This document shows positions 13,222 to 26,088 of a stretch of 64,000 bases of DNA, piece after piece. Location of the stretch: contig OX597815.1 of the NCBI GenBank assembly GCA_951406725.2, positions 175,832,001 to 175,896,000 on the forward strand. Reading direction: 5' to 3'. A program made the position numbers and the translations under genes. Source of the stretch: Octopus vulgaris (taxonomy: Eukaryota). Under the pieces are notes generated by a model. The model did no database searches. It worked only from the letters and a program-made list of their open reading frames with translations, and had not been told where the DNA came from. How positions within the stretch are numbered: position 1 is the stretch's first letter; every line of letters starts with the position of its first letter.

Positions 13222-15154
13222 TGTGTGTGCGCGTGTTTAAAATGTATATATTGTACATTTGGATAGGCACAAACATCAGCATCATTACAGAGTGTGTGAA
13301 GAGATGCTCTCCTGACCGCATTTGTCCTTCTCTCGACGAATGATTACAGTCAGAAAATCATGCGCACAAGACAAACACGTTTCTGTTGTTTTGAATTTTT
13401 TTGTTATACCAGGATTCGAACCCAGTCTTATGTAAGGGCCGCCACTTGCTATACAAATTATTTCCTTACATTTCAGTAGCTTTTGTTCGCTCGTTCAAAT
13501 GTACATCTGTTCCAACAACACAAACATACACTCGTTGTCTCTCTGTGTCTGTTTGTCTGTCTGTCTGTCTCTCTCTCTCTCTCGCGTGCGCGCACACACA
13601 CGTTTATACGCGCAAGCACAAAGACACGCACGCTCGCCGCACACACACACACACACACGCGTGCGTGGCAATATACACTCGTGTATACGCGTGCATTACT
13701 TTCACTCTTTCCTTCACTCATTCCCTGCCCTTACTCTCTCTCTCTCTCTCACTTATAAACGCACGTGCGTGCCCCCCCCCTTTCTCTCTCTGTTTTAGGC
13801 AACAAATAGCTTCCTTATGATATTACTGTTTATTGTTTTATCGATCTCGATCTCGATGCCGAATGTAAGAGTCTGTTTGGAATCGTAACTAAGCAGCGAA
13901 GTTGGAACCACAATGTGTCCAATGACTATTTCCCTCTCTCATCTCCCCCACTTTTATTCAAACGACAAGGTAACAACCGTGCGCCACCGGAGGAACAACT
14001 TGGAGCAGAAACTATAGGAAAGATTACAAGATATCGTTGTACGATTCTAATTAGCGCAAGCTGTGTAATTTGCCCCTGTGCGTGGCGGGGGGTGACTGGA
14101 TATGTAGGTGAGTCTATCGCCCTCTCTCCCTCTTCCACCCCATCTCTCTTTATATATATATATATATATATATTCACACGCACATATATAGATGTGTGGT
14201 GCCGATAATATTGAATAACGAAGTGTTTTCTACATTTACACATAGACAGACTCTAACTCATAAAGCGCCTTTTCTCTCTCTCTCTCTCTCTCTCTCCTCT
14301 CCCTTTCTCTCTACTTTCTTTCTCTCAATCTCGCAAAACACCCAATCACAATTCTCATTATTGCATCCTTCCTCCTTCTCTCTCTCATTCCACAAATCGC
14401 TCTCACTTTCGTTTGCTTCCCACTTTTTCCTTTTGGGTTTTTGTTCTTTTTTATTTTCAAAGTTCGGTGCTTTCTTTCCCCCACCTCTCTCTCTCTCTCT
14501 TTCTCTCTCCGTCATTTTCTCTTTTCCTTCTCTTACCATACATAAGTCTAGCAGAGCGGACAACTGGAACTTCTATAGTTCAAGCAAATTATGTATACGT
14601 TTTCCCTCACCAGCGTACGTATGTATGGACGCAAACACACACGCAGGAACCTACGTATATATATATAGATCTATAGCAAAACACAAACTTATATATACAT
14701 AAATACACACACACACACACACACTTAAGTATATATATATAAAACATATGCATGTATATATATATATGTGTGTACCAATATATAATTATGTATACATGCT
14801 AATGGATGTTTACTCACATGAATTTCTTTTAAACTGACAAGCAAAGGAAATTTAAGATATATATAAATCGTATGTATGTATGTATATATAAATATTGTGT
14901 GCTTTTGTGATGTTCCGAATGGGATCTGTTCAGCTCTGTAACTTTCCCTTTCTACCACGTTCTGAAATCCTGTATACACATGCATCTACTTACCATTTTA
15001 TAAGTACATATTTCACGCACGTGCACATTTCCCAGCTGTGTTCTCACATACACATAGACACGCACGCATTTATACACACATGCTAGACGCACACACACAC
15101 ACACACTCGCTGATAAATCCTTTTACACAGTCACACAGGAAGTTTTAATATTCA

Positions 15155-15187
<33 letters not shown>

Positions 15188-15505
15188 GTCTATCTATCTA
15201 TCTATTAAATTCTAGCCACCGCTTAAATGTACATAATTATACGCATAAAAACGCAGAAAGGTGAACGCACGGATACACTAATTGTACATACACGGAAAGT
15301 ATTTTGTTATACAAACTTTTCTCTCCTGCACAAACACAGATTATACATACATGAACATGTTACAGGTGTATAGATTTATCTCCATAACGTACTCCTCCAC
15401 ATACAAACAGACGAGTCTATGCGTAAAACCTCGTACATGACAATATTTCAGTTGTATCTTCTTACCGTTCCACGTTCTGCTAATGTCAATTCACTAACAC
15501 GCACA

Positions 15506-15570
<65 letters not shown>

Positions 15571-15696
15571 TCACACACTCACACATTCAGGCGGAAACAC
15601 GGTCAGACATACAGACGTGCGCAACAAGGGAGCACGTGTTTGGCGTACGCGCGTGCAAAATTACACCTCACCCGAAAAGTCAATATTTATAATCCA

Positions 15697-15818
15697 GACG
15701 ACGACGACACCAACAACAACAACAAAAACAGCAGCGGCAGTAACAACATCATCATCAGCAGCAGCAGCGGTAGCAACAACAACAATGACAACAGCACCAG
15801 CAGCAGTTACAACAACAA
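15697..15818 (+). repeat. Mixed trinucleotide (GAC/AAC/AGC/ATC) tract upstream of the GPCR start
   Basis: Direct inspection; probably within the 5' UTR or just upstream. Confidence 0.8.
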
Positions 15819-16239
15819 TGTTGTACCATTAAAATTACCTATTTTCATAATAAATAGAAGCAGTAGTTGATAATAGTCGTCGGTGTCGCTGGTTTTATTA
15901 CTTGAACAATATATAAAGTTAAAAGGGAAAAAAAGTATTAACTTAGAATACGTTCAGGGCACAAAGCGTTATTTTCTTTCATTCCACCTGCTTGGTGTGT
16001 GTACGGGTGAAAGTAAAACAATTTATAACGATCATACGAGCGTGGTAGTACTGTAACCATGATAATAATAGTAACAACAACAACAACAACAACAACAACA
16101 AAACCACAGTATCAGAAACAGCAACAACAACAGCCGTACACGTATCTTACACCGAGCAACATGGCACAAACTGTTCCAGCATCCTGCTGACCTCAATTCG
16201 GCTCCATATGCTAACTGGCCCAGCAGATCATCCATATCA

Positions 16240-17145
16240 ATGAATCAGACGACGGGACGGATTTTACCAGCAATGACATCTGCTACCTTAAAGAGCGAAG
16301 CGGATATCTCGCCCAGTGCACTTCTACGGCCTTTCTTGGATAGCGACTGTGATAACGATTGCTACTCGAACAATTTCTCTTTCATGGTGAACGACTCTTA
16401 CGAGTACAATGAAAACTACATGCTGAAGGACAACATATCCAAAGCCGTCATTGGACACGAGTTGACCAACGAGTCGAAAATCGGCCTCATATTTCTTTAT
16501 TCTACAACAACGATTTTGGCCATAACGGGAAATATTATCGTAATATTAGTGTTTACAGTTGGCAAATGGTCACGCACTGACCTCCGTCCATTTCTGATCA
16601 ATCTCGCTATTGCTGATCTGGTCATGGCTATCTTTTGTATGCCGTTCACTTTCACGTATGTACTTCTAGAAACGTGGATTTTCTCAAAGCCCGTTTGTCC
16701 GATGGTCTTATTTGTACAAATGGTCGCCGTGACAGCCAGTGTCTCGACAAACATGGCCATAGGAATCGACAGGTTTTTAGCTGTGGCTTTTCCGTTAAGA
16801 TCACGGTTAACATCAGCAAGGTCGAAATGTATCATACTTCCTATCTGGATTGCATCTGTTATGCTTGCTTCTGTTAATCTCTTTGTGGGTCGAGCCTTTG
16901 ACTTAAAAGTGCCGGCGAAAGGTGGTGGACTACCAAATTTAACTATCACAAAGTGTGAAGAGGTGTGGCCCAATGCTACACCAAGAAGAGTTTTCACATT
17001 ATTTGTTTTGACAATTACATATTTGTTACCAATGTTGATTCTTGGAGTTACCTACAGTATTATCGGAGTTATCCTCTGGCGAAGAACGGCGCCAGGAAAT
17101 GCCGATCGAGTGCGGGATTCCCAGCAACTTCGATCGAAAAGAAAG
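16240..17145 (+). CDS. First coding exon (302 codons; N-terminus, TM1-TM5, ICL3) of a class A neuropeptide GPCR of the tachykinin/leucokinin/luqin-RYamide/GPR83-like group
   Basis: The ORF has N-glycosylation sequons (NQT, NFS, NDS, NIS, NES), TM1 GN, TM2 NLAIAD..FCMPF, ECL1 WIF...C, TM3 end IGIDRF..V.FP, TM4 W, ECL2 CEEVW, TM5 YLLP......Y and ICL3 PGNADRVRD..LRSKRK. A canonical donor AAG|GTAAGT at 17145/17146 is in phase 0, just before TM6. There is an in-frame stop upstream at 16072. Confidence 0.93.
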
Positions 17146-17257
17146 GTAAGTTTAACTAACAAGGTACATATTGTTTTACTCCCGATGTAGTTAACCGTCA
17201 TTAAATTTCTCCTTACAGAAAGACAACAAACTTTAAAAAATGTTAGTTTTTTATAAA

Positions 17258-17312
<55 letters not shown>

Positions 17313-17414
17313 CACACACACACACATGTACGTGTGTGTATATGTATATATCTATGTTTATATATAGGTGTACATATATGGTATATAGACATATACATAT
17401 ACACACACACACGC

Positions 17415-17451
<37 letters not shown>

Positions 17452-17780
17452 CACACATATACTACATATATATAACATATATATACCAGTGTGTATGTAC
17501 ATGTGTAAATCTATGAATTCGTATATACTCACACATATACAAACATATATATATAGGTATGTGTGTGTAGGGGGAGAGGGTTTTGTGTGTATATTTCATA
17601 TATGTATATATACATTTTATATATTTATACATATATAAATATATATCTATGTGTATATATTTATGTATGTATATCTAAAAGTTACACACACACACATATC
17701 TATGCTTATATATACTTATCTTGAAGATGTATGGATTTTAAGACTAAACTTTCTTATTTTATATATGGACATATGTATAA

Positions 17781-17823
<43 letters not shown>

Positions 17824-18019
17824 AACATATATGAAAATTTCTTGAACGTATGCATATTCATATGAAAATATACACAACTGTATATAAACGTGTAAGCATA
17901 TATATTATATATATGTATATATATATATGCATATATGTATATATATATGTATGTGCGTGTATGTAAACATATAGATATATACATGCATGTATATGTATGT
18001 GAGTATATATATGTATATA

Positions 18020-18156
18020 TATATACATATATAAACATATAAATATATATACATGTTTAAGTATGTGCGTATGTGTAAGTTTTTGTCTATAAATGTGTAT
18101 ACAATGAGGTACACACACACATAATACATATCTATATCTATCTATCTATCTATCTA

Positions 18157-18192
<36 letters not shown>

Positions 18193-18300
18193 TAAACATA
18201 TAAATATATATACATGTTTAAGTATGTGCGTATGTGTAAGTTTTTGTCTATAAATGTGTATACAATGAGGTACACACACACATATCATATCTATCTATAT
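18020..18300 (+). repeat. Tandem duplication, period ~160 bp
   Basis: catgtttaagtatgtgcgtatgtgtaagtttttgtctataaatgtgtatacaatgaggtac occurs twice. Confidence 0.85.
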
Positions 18301-18321
18301 CTATATCTATCTATCTATCTA

Positions 18322-18379
<58 letters not shown>

Positions 18380-19012
18380 TATATACACACATACATACAC
18401 GTACATATATGCGCATATGTGTGTGTAGTGCGTGTATGTGAAAACAGAGAGGAAAAATAAAGAGAGCGAGAGAGAGAATATATGTGGGGGAGAAATTGAG
18501 AAATCGACCGAATATGCAAGTAAAAATGTGTGTAACATACATACGTATATATATATATATATACATACACACACATATATATGTGCACATTTACATATGT
18601 GTATATGCATACACACACACACACATATATATATATAATTGTATATACATGCACGCACTCACACACACACACGTAACTTTTTACGTTTGCCTTCCTACCT
18701 GCCGATTCATTTGTACATCTAATCACATCAGTTCGGCGCATTTTTCCGATATAATATGATTAAAGTCAGTGAAATGCACGAAACGCACAGCAACGTGTTG
18801 GTGCGTAGCAGAACTGTTAAAGGAATAATTATTGCATGAGAGGATTTGTCTAAGTAAAAACAGGCGAGCAGTCAGATGCACACAGCTGTCTACATTAGTC
18901 TAGATAAGCATGGGATAGATATATTGATATGGCTGGGACAAGACGCACACACTTAGGTACTCACTCTCACATTCCGTCTGTATGTGCGCGAGTGTATGCA
19001 TGTATATATATA

Positions 19013-19054
<42 letters not shown>

Positions 19055-19059
<5 letters not shown>

Positions 19060-19271
19060 TTAATTCAAACATGAACGCACAAAAAAAATAATAAACACAA
19101 CAACGCGAGGACGTGGAACAAATATAGTGTTATTGGACGCTCAGGAAAGAAGGAAAGAAGGAGGGTTTAACGTTTCGAGCGGAGCTCTTCGTCGGAAACA
19201 TAGGAGAAGGAAAGATCCAGAGAACGGAAGACAGAGGAAAAAAATCATCAACGGTACACACGCGGTCACAT

Positions 19272-19276
<5 letters not shown>
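19055..19276 (-). mobile_element. ~220-bp HHR-containing non-autonomous element (family A) in (TA)n
   Basis: Near full-length inverted homologue of 51798-52010, flanked on both sides by (TA)n. Confidence 0.75.
19165..19199 (-). ncRNA. Minimal hammerhead motif, U4C core variant
   Basis: Reverse complement reads gttt-CCGACGA-a-GAGC(tcc)GCTC-GAAA-cg-TT-aaac. Homologue of 51875-51909. Confidence 0.65.
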
Positions 19277-19325
<49 letters not shown>

Positions 19326-19679
19326 GTATGTGTATATGTATGTATATATATATATATATGTATGCATATGGGTATATATGTATATGTATGTATGTATATG
19401 GGTATATATATATATATATACACACACGCACACACACATATGTAGGTAAGCACGTATGTATATAAATATGAATGTGTGAAAGTGCATGTATACCTCTATG
19501 AATAAATATACTTTTACATACACACATACACACTCATACCTAAATATTTACATATGTGTGTGTGTGTGTGTATTACGCATACACACACACATATAAACAC
19601 GACGAAAAATAATTTTCGTTGTGTATATATGAGAGTTGCGTGCGTGAGTTTGCGGTTTGTGCGCCGCTCTTCTTCATTC

Positions 19680-19835
19680 GGCATGTATTTTCGTCTGTCG
19701 TTACGTTCTGAGTTCAAATTCCGCCGAAGTCGACTTTGTCTTTCATCCTTTCGGGGTCGATGTAATCGACTTAATCCCTTTGTCTGTCCTTGTTTGTCCC
19801 CTCTATGTTTAGCCCCTTGTGGGCAGTAAAGAAAT
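19680..19835 (+). mobile_element. SINE family 1 copy
   Basis: ttacgttctgagttcaaattccgccgaagtcgactttgtctttcatcctttcggggtcga, followed by the 3' tail. Confidence 0.8.
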
Positions 19836-19960
19836 ACATTTATGAATACGTTCGTACCAATATATCCCAACAATTTGTGGTTGTGAAATGCGATAAAGGT
19901 AAAGTGCATACATTTTATTCCAGGTAAAACGTCGAGAATACTATTCAATATATTTCATCT

Positions 19961-20019
<59 letters not shown>

Positions 20020-20338
20020 CAACAACAGCAACAACAATAATAATCTATTTTTGAATGTATATATGTACAATCACACACATATTCTAATTTTGGCACAAAG
20101 CAAAGAATATTTAGGGAATGAGACGATATCCTCTCTCTCTCTCTCACTCTCTCTCTCTCACAAATTGAAGGATATATTGTTTTCGACTTTTCGCCTTCGG
20201 AAGGTTGAAGAGTAAAGCTGAACTGAGACGCATTTAAACATGAGACGTAAGGAACCGGATGGACGTCCCAGAGATTCCGCTCATCTGTCATACACACGCA
20301 CGCACACACGTAACATTCTTAAACAACAATATTCTTGT

Positions 20339-20385
20339 CAGTCCGACGATGGCTTAAACAAGCCACCGACACTTCGAAGTCACTG
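20339..20385 (+). ncRNA. Degenerate type I hammerhead motif of Penelope pLTR type
   Basis: cagt-CCGACGA-TGGCTT(aaac)AAGCCA-cc-GACA-cttcgaag-TC-actg. All three helices are present, stem III is palindromic and the triplet is GUC. Two core mismatches; AATAAA lies just downstream. Confidence 0.55.
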
Positions 20386-20781
20386 TGGATATTATTCTTG
20401 TTTAAGAATAATAAATATGTACTCTACAAAGCTAATGTAAAGGTTAATGTAAAATTGTTTACATTACAACTAATCATACAAAACAAACATTAACTTCTAC
20501 ACATACATACGGACACACATACACACACACATAGTCCAGTGATGAGATCCAGAGATTTTCCGTATAGAAGACAGTAGTGCTCAAAAGATTCAAACTTAGA
20601 GACCGATGTCTTTACAGGGAATCAGTCCCTCAAGGTAAACACACACACACACACACACACACATTCTTTTACCTGGAGCGCCTCACATATTTATCCTTTA
20701 TTTGTTCCCCCCTCCTATCCTTTACTTGTCCGACTGCACCATCCAGAAGACCTTTACTCGAACGAATCAAGTACTCCATAA

Positions 20782-20916
20782 CTTAGCGGTTCGGCAAAAT
20801 AACTGATAGAATAAGTTCTAGGCTTACAAAGAATAAGTCCTGGGGTCAATTCGTTCGACTATAGGCTGTGCTCCAGCATGACCGCAGTTGAATGACTGAA
20901 ACAAATAAAAGAAAGA
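20782..20916 (+). mobile_element. SINE family 2 3' half
   Basis: cttagcggttcggcaaaa...gctccagcatgaccgcagtt.aatgactgaaacaaataaaaga. Confidence 0.7.
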
Positions 20917-21734
20917 ATATGTGTGTGTGTGTATGTGATTTATACATTTATGTAGTGATACATATATTCACATGTGTATGTTTATATGCCTATTTATACC
21001 CACACATACATATAGGCATAACGATCTGCCTATCAGTTAATCGATCTATCGATTAATCTACATGTCCGCACACACATATTCATATGTATGCATTAGAAAG
21101 CCTTATGTGTGAAATAAGAGAGTGAATATTGCTAAGTGAAAAAAGCGGGAGTGCGTCTCTTCCCTGCGGAGCGCTTAACAATCCGATGAACGGTCTGTCA
21201 AGATTCTTCCTTCTTCCTTCTTTGTTTTTGCACACCGGTAATATACAAAGTGTGTGATCACATTCTTATTTTAAATAAGCCGATGCTTTGTTATGTTTAA
21301 TTGTATTTCCTTTTTTTCTGAGCTATACCCCACCTTCTGCATTAAACACACATCATTCAGTCATGCGCTTTTAAAGCGCAAGTGTGCGAGTCAGTCCAAT
21401 AACGACACTTTTAGCCCGCGATGTCTCCGCTTCATATTGCTACTGATCTGTGTTACTGGTTGGTGAAGGAAGGCGGACACGAGAAGAGTGTTCAGCGAAC
21501 CATGAAATTGTCATAGATGAGGATTAAGGTGGTTCGCACCAGAATTCGAAATTGTGATACGGCTATGTACGCTAGCGACATACTTCCCATTAAGTAAAAC
21601 GTTTTAGTGACTTTAGAGTTAATTTAAATCTTATCTTAGCATAAGCGGTGCTAGTCAGTACCCTCCGTTAGTTTTGTGACCCCTATTAATTTTGCCTTTA
21701 GGTTCTAATTGTTAAAGCCACCCTCTTTTAATTT

Positions 21735-21796
<62 letters not shown>

Positions 21797-23633
21797 TCTA
21801 TATAGATATTTTATACATATGTGTATGCGCGTGTATGTGTGTGTATGTGCGGGTGGGTGTGTCTATGTGTATCCGTGTCCCGTCATAGCCACAGTCCAAT
21901 GACTGAAGCAAGCGAAAAGATACACACGTCCATCGCGGGCGCGCATGGCATGGATCCCATTTTCCAAAATGGAAAATGAGAACACTGCCCAACGGAGAGT
22001 TATCAGTTATGAGGTGTTGTTTGTTACGTGCAAACACGAATAAATACACTTCCTACAACAATGACTGAAAAATAAGATAAAAAGCAATATCTGGAACCCG
22101 TAAATTGTAAACACGTGAATACAGATAGGTCACTCTGAAACGGGGGTTCGAATCTGCCAGTGAAAAAATCCGATCTCAGAAAAGAGTAGCTGGCTGAAAA
22201 ATCATTACGATCAAATTTTACTTCAATTAACCAGCAGTTTACATATACGAAGGGGTTTGTGAGGTTCCTTCTCAGGAAATAAGTGACCTATTGGAGGTAT
22301 TGATCTTTACCAGCAAGCACTCGTTGGAGATATAAACATACTTAACTGGTTGACATTATAGCAGAAACAAACTGATATTTAAAATATGCTAGTCACATTG
22401 TGTAACACTACCGACTAACTACATACCAGAATGCCACATAAAAAATGTGTACAACTTGTTTGAACCAATTCCAAATTGCTCACTGGTAGAAATAAACATC
22501 ATAGCTGAACAAGCAGCTGAGAAGAAAGGAGTTAGGTGATACACTGAGCCACTCACAAAACTGTGAGGTCAGAGATCGTACACCGTTGGAGGAACTTTGG
22601 TTCCCCCTCCTCACTCGTGGATGCTAAGGTCCTTTTGATTTTAGCCTGTTCCAGGTAATATTATGATGACCATAGACGACTTGCCTTCGTCAATGTTGGG
22701 AAACAGCATCATGGAGATATATTTCAAAAAAGGTTTCGGACTGTTTAAGACATTTTCGAAGGATAACAATATGACGTTTGTCCAGGGTTTTTATACATGT
22801 TTGTAGAAAACACAGCAGAACTACAAGCCCATGTTGCAACATTATATCTACGACCTATTTCTCCGATATTAGATAAGGTACGATACAAGAAATGCTTATC
22901 TAATGAGTATAATACCTTGGATAAAGGAAATATGATCTTCAGATGTTTCATCACAAAGTAAATAAATAATCAACTTTGTGTTTGCTGTTATTTAATTGGA
23001 AGCTAAACGAAAGACGGGCTTTGATGATAAAACCCGAAAATTGATAACCCGCAGCAGTAATTTTAAACTTAATGATGATGTATATTTGCTACCCAAAAAT
23101 AAGAAGTCACAACAAAACACGTTTTGCATCAATGGAATAGGGATGACGTTAAGCAAACTTTATGCGACAAACGTTGCAGGCTTTGTGGCTTTGAACAGAG
23201 AAAATGCCACCAAAAGTTGTTTCTGAGAATATTATCAAAGTATATATTCGCATGACACATGATGTTGTGGCTAGAACATTACAGAAGAAAGTTACATGGA
23301 TGTAGAGCTTATAATCACCGACGACATGAAATAATACAAAGGGAATGTCCTCCTTTAGTTAACATCTATGCTGAGATAATGAGAAATCTGCAGATGCCCC
23401 ATCCGAACCGTAGCTTTAGATTTCTCCTTGTAATTATTAGTCCGTGACTGGGCCTGTATCAAAATTGAGAAGTAAAAACATTGAGTTTCACGCACCAGAA
23501 AAAAACAACGCCTAATCAGTTCTACGACAGCATAGATATTTGTCAAAACACAATTCTGCGTATATAATAATATCTATGACTTGAAACATGAATGCGTACA
23601 CAAAATTTTTTACGTTCATGGGGACACGGACAC

Positions 23634-23686
<53 letters not shown>

Positions 23687-24040
23687 GTCTAGTTTCCAAA
23701 GATTTTCCTAAATTTTTGATTGATAGGGATGTATAATCGAAGCGGGTGCCAATATACACCTCAACCCATTGATAATGCTGGTTAACATACGCGAGGTTAT
23801 GTACCCTCAGTTGGTTGGTTTAACTATTCTTTGTACCCCCTCACGCCTGAAAACCCAGTTGTCTCTAAAGATACTTTTCGATAGAAGAGAAATAATAATG
23901 AATCAGTTTGAGGAAAACAGAGAAGAGCGAATTTCCTATTTGTTATTTTGCAGTCATTGGCAAAAACAGAAGAACATTAATGACGGCATAACAGAAAAAT
24001 TGGATGTTCTCTCTTGTCTGCTTTGCATAAACTGATTCAT

Positions 24041-24082
<42 letters not shown>

Positions 24083-24085
<3 letters not shown>

Positions 24086-24266
24086 AGAGTTTACGAAAAA
24101 AACAAAAGACGAAAACAGGTGGTGTACAAAACAAACAGTTGTATTAGTATAACGGTCAGGAATAGAAAAAGTATTTTACGTTTCGAGCCTACGCTCTTCT
24201 ACAGAAAGGGATACAGAAAAAAAAACAAGGAGAGAAAGAAATGCGTGTAGTGGCTAACGATCTATC
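24083..24266 (-). mobile_element. ~185-bp HHR-containing element (family B) in (TA)n
   Basis: Inverted homologue of 50790-50948. Partial copies at ~5483-5550 (-) and ~52048-52110 (+). Confidence 0.75.
24174..24207 (-). ncRNA. Minimal hammerhead-like motif with variant core CUGUAGA
   Basis: Reverse complement reads ttt-CTGTAGA-a-GAGC(gtag)GCTC-GAAA-cg-TA-aaa, nearly identical to 50821-50854. Confidence 0.6.
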
Positions 24267-24296
24267 ATATATACATACATTCATACATACATACAT

Positions 24297-24339
<43 letters not shown>

Positions 24340-24549
24340 CAACAAAAACGCATTAGAGGACTATAAAACATTCGGTCAGATAGACGATAAAAAGGCGGAC
24401 AAAAGAATCAACAATTCGAAGGACAGGTAAAAAAAGACGGGTGATTCGTGGCCTTCTTTCCTCAGTCAGGTAGCAGAAGTCATGACTGTTTCGGGCAGTT
24501 ACACTTGAGACAGTTTGATACACACACACACACATACAGATATATATAA

Positions 24550-24846
24550 GGTAAAGACCTCCCCTTTTCTGTCATGAATGACAATAGGATTGCACGTAGA
24601 AAGTTTCCCCTTCCCGCCCCGAGGCACAAATCCGAGCAAAGTTGTTTATGGAAGACCAGCAGTCGCCCATCCGTACCATCCTTCCCACTATATACCACCA
24701 ATGTTATCCAAGGGAAAGGCAAAGGCCTTTACAGTTTGGCCCCCGTGACGACGTCGCAACTCATTTCTACAGCTGAGTGAACTGGACCAATGTAAAATAA
24801 AGTGTCTTGCTCAAGAACACAACACACAACCCAGTCCGAGAATCGA

Positions 24847-24847
<1 letters not shown>
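24550..24847 (-). mobile_element. CORE-type SINE fragment (family 3)
   Basis: Minus strand has B-box-like ttcgattctcggac, then gttcttgagcaagacactttattttac...tccagttcactcagctgtagaaatgag. Confidence 0.6.
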
Positions 24848-24937
<90 letters not shown>

Positions 24938-25479
24938 AGCATGAATATATACATATTAACAAATAGACACACATACACACGCACACACATCACCCACAAC
25001 AACGTAAATATATTTAGAAAGAAAAGCAGAAAACCATAAAGTTTCCAGATAATTCATAATTAAGTTGATTTAAACAGATGTTTCATTAGGAGCAAACATC
25101 ATTTATCCCAAAAGTACGAGTTAAAACAATTAATTTAAAGCAATTTTTATCTAAAATCATCTGAAAGGTAACGAGTTATGTTAAACATAAAACGCTGCTA
25201 GTTTAAACGCTGGTGAGACGGAGAAAACCAAACACACATACACACAAAAATACACACATTTACATGCATATATCTAATATCTATACGGATATATATATAT
25301 ATATATAGAAATTCGGGGTGAGTACTTGATAATTGTAAGCACCTGTATATACCGTTTGGTGGTGTAGGTGGAGGAGTAAATTGATCAATATATATATATA
25401 TATATATAGAAATGGTATTATTAAAATACCATCACGAGTAGCAAGCGAATTATCAGCCGTACAGGCAAATTAATAGAAT

Positions 25480-25718
25480 ATATACATACAATATTAGATA
25501 CGTACATATATACGCAAGGGCATTGCATGAGCACCTACATAGTCACAAATCCATTACAGACATGATAAGAAAGAATATTTTTTCCTATCATGTCTATAAT
25601 GAATTTGTGACTATTCGGTGGTACAGAAGTATTTTTTAACTTCTATTGTTTTAGCGATGTAGGTGCTCATGTAGTGCCCTTGTGTATATATGTACATATC
25701 TAATATTGTGTGTATATA
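25480..25718. repeat. Foldback with internal bulge
   Basis: caatattagata...gagcacctacat and atagtcacaaat...agacatgata pair with tatcatgtct...atttgtgactat and atgtaggtgctc...tatctaatattg. Confidence 0.8.
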
Positions 25719-25780
25719 TTTTATTATACATATATATATATATACTTACATACAAAACCAAAAAGGGTACGGGCGCCGCT

Positions 25781-26046
25781 ATATATATTATATGTAGAAA
25801 AATACAAACTTGGACAAAGACGCAAAACATTTAGAAGACGATACAAAAAAAACACGGACGGGACATTCGAAGCCTTCAATCTTCAGTCAAGAACCGGATC
25901 ATCCTCGCAAATCAGCCGAAACTGCAAGGATGATCCGGTTCTTAACTGAAGATTGAAGGCTTCGAATGTCCCGTCCGTATTTTTTGTATCGTCTTCTAAA
26001 AATGTTTTGCGTTCTTGTCCCAGTTTGTATTTTTCTACATATAATA

Positions 26047-26050
<4 letters not shown>
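25781..26050. repeat. Long foldback (~125-bp arms) in (TA)n
   Basis: atatgtagaaaaatacaaact...gaaccggatcatcct / aggatgatccggttc...agtttgtatttttctacatat. Confidence 0.9.

Positions 26051-26088
<38 letters not shown>

Noticed and set aside
15640-15870. N/S-rich ORF as an upstream coding exon
   Set aside because: It is a low-complexity trinucleotide tract with a non-ATG start, and an in-frame stop precedes the GPCR ATG.
16497-16997. 166-aa antisense ORF
   Set aside because: It is the shadow of the GPCR exon and has no recognisable motif.
17146-17190. ORF tail VSLTNKVHIVLLPM implying a 5-TM single-exon receptor
   Set aside because: It is read-through past a strong GTAAGT donor at a typical pre-TM6 intron position.
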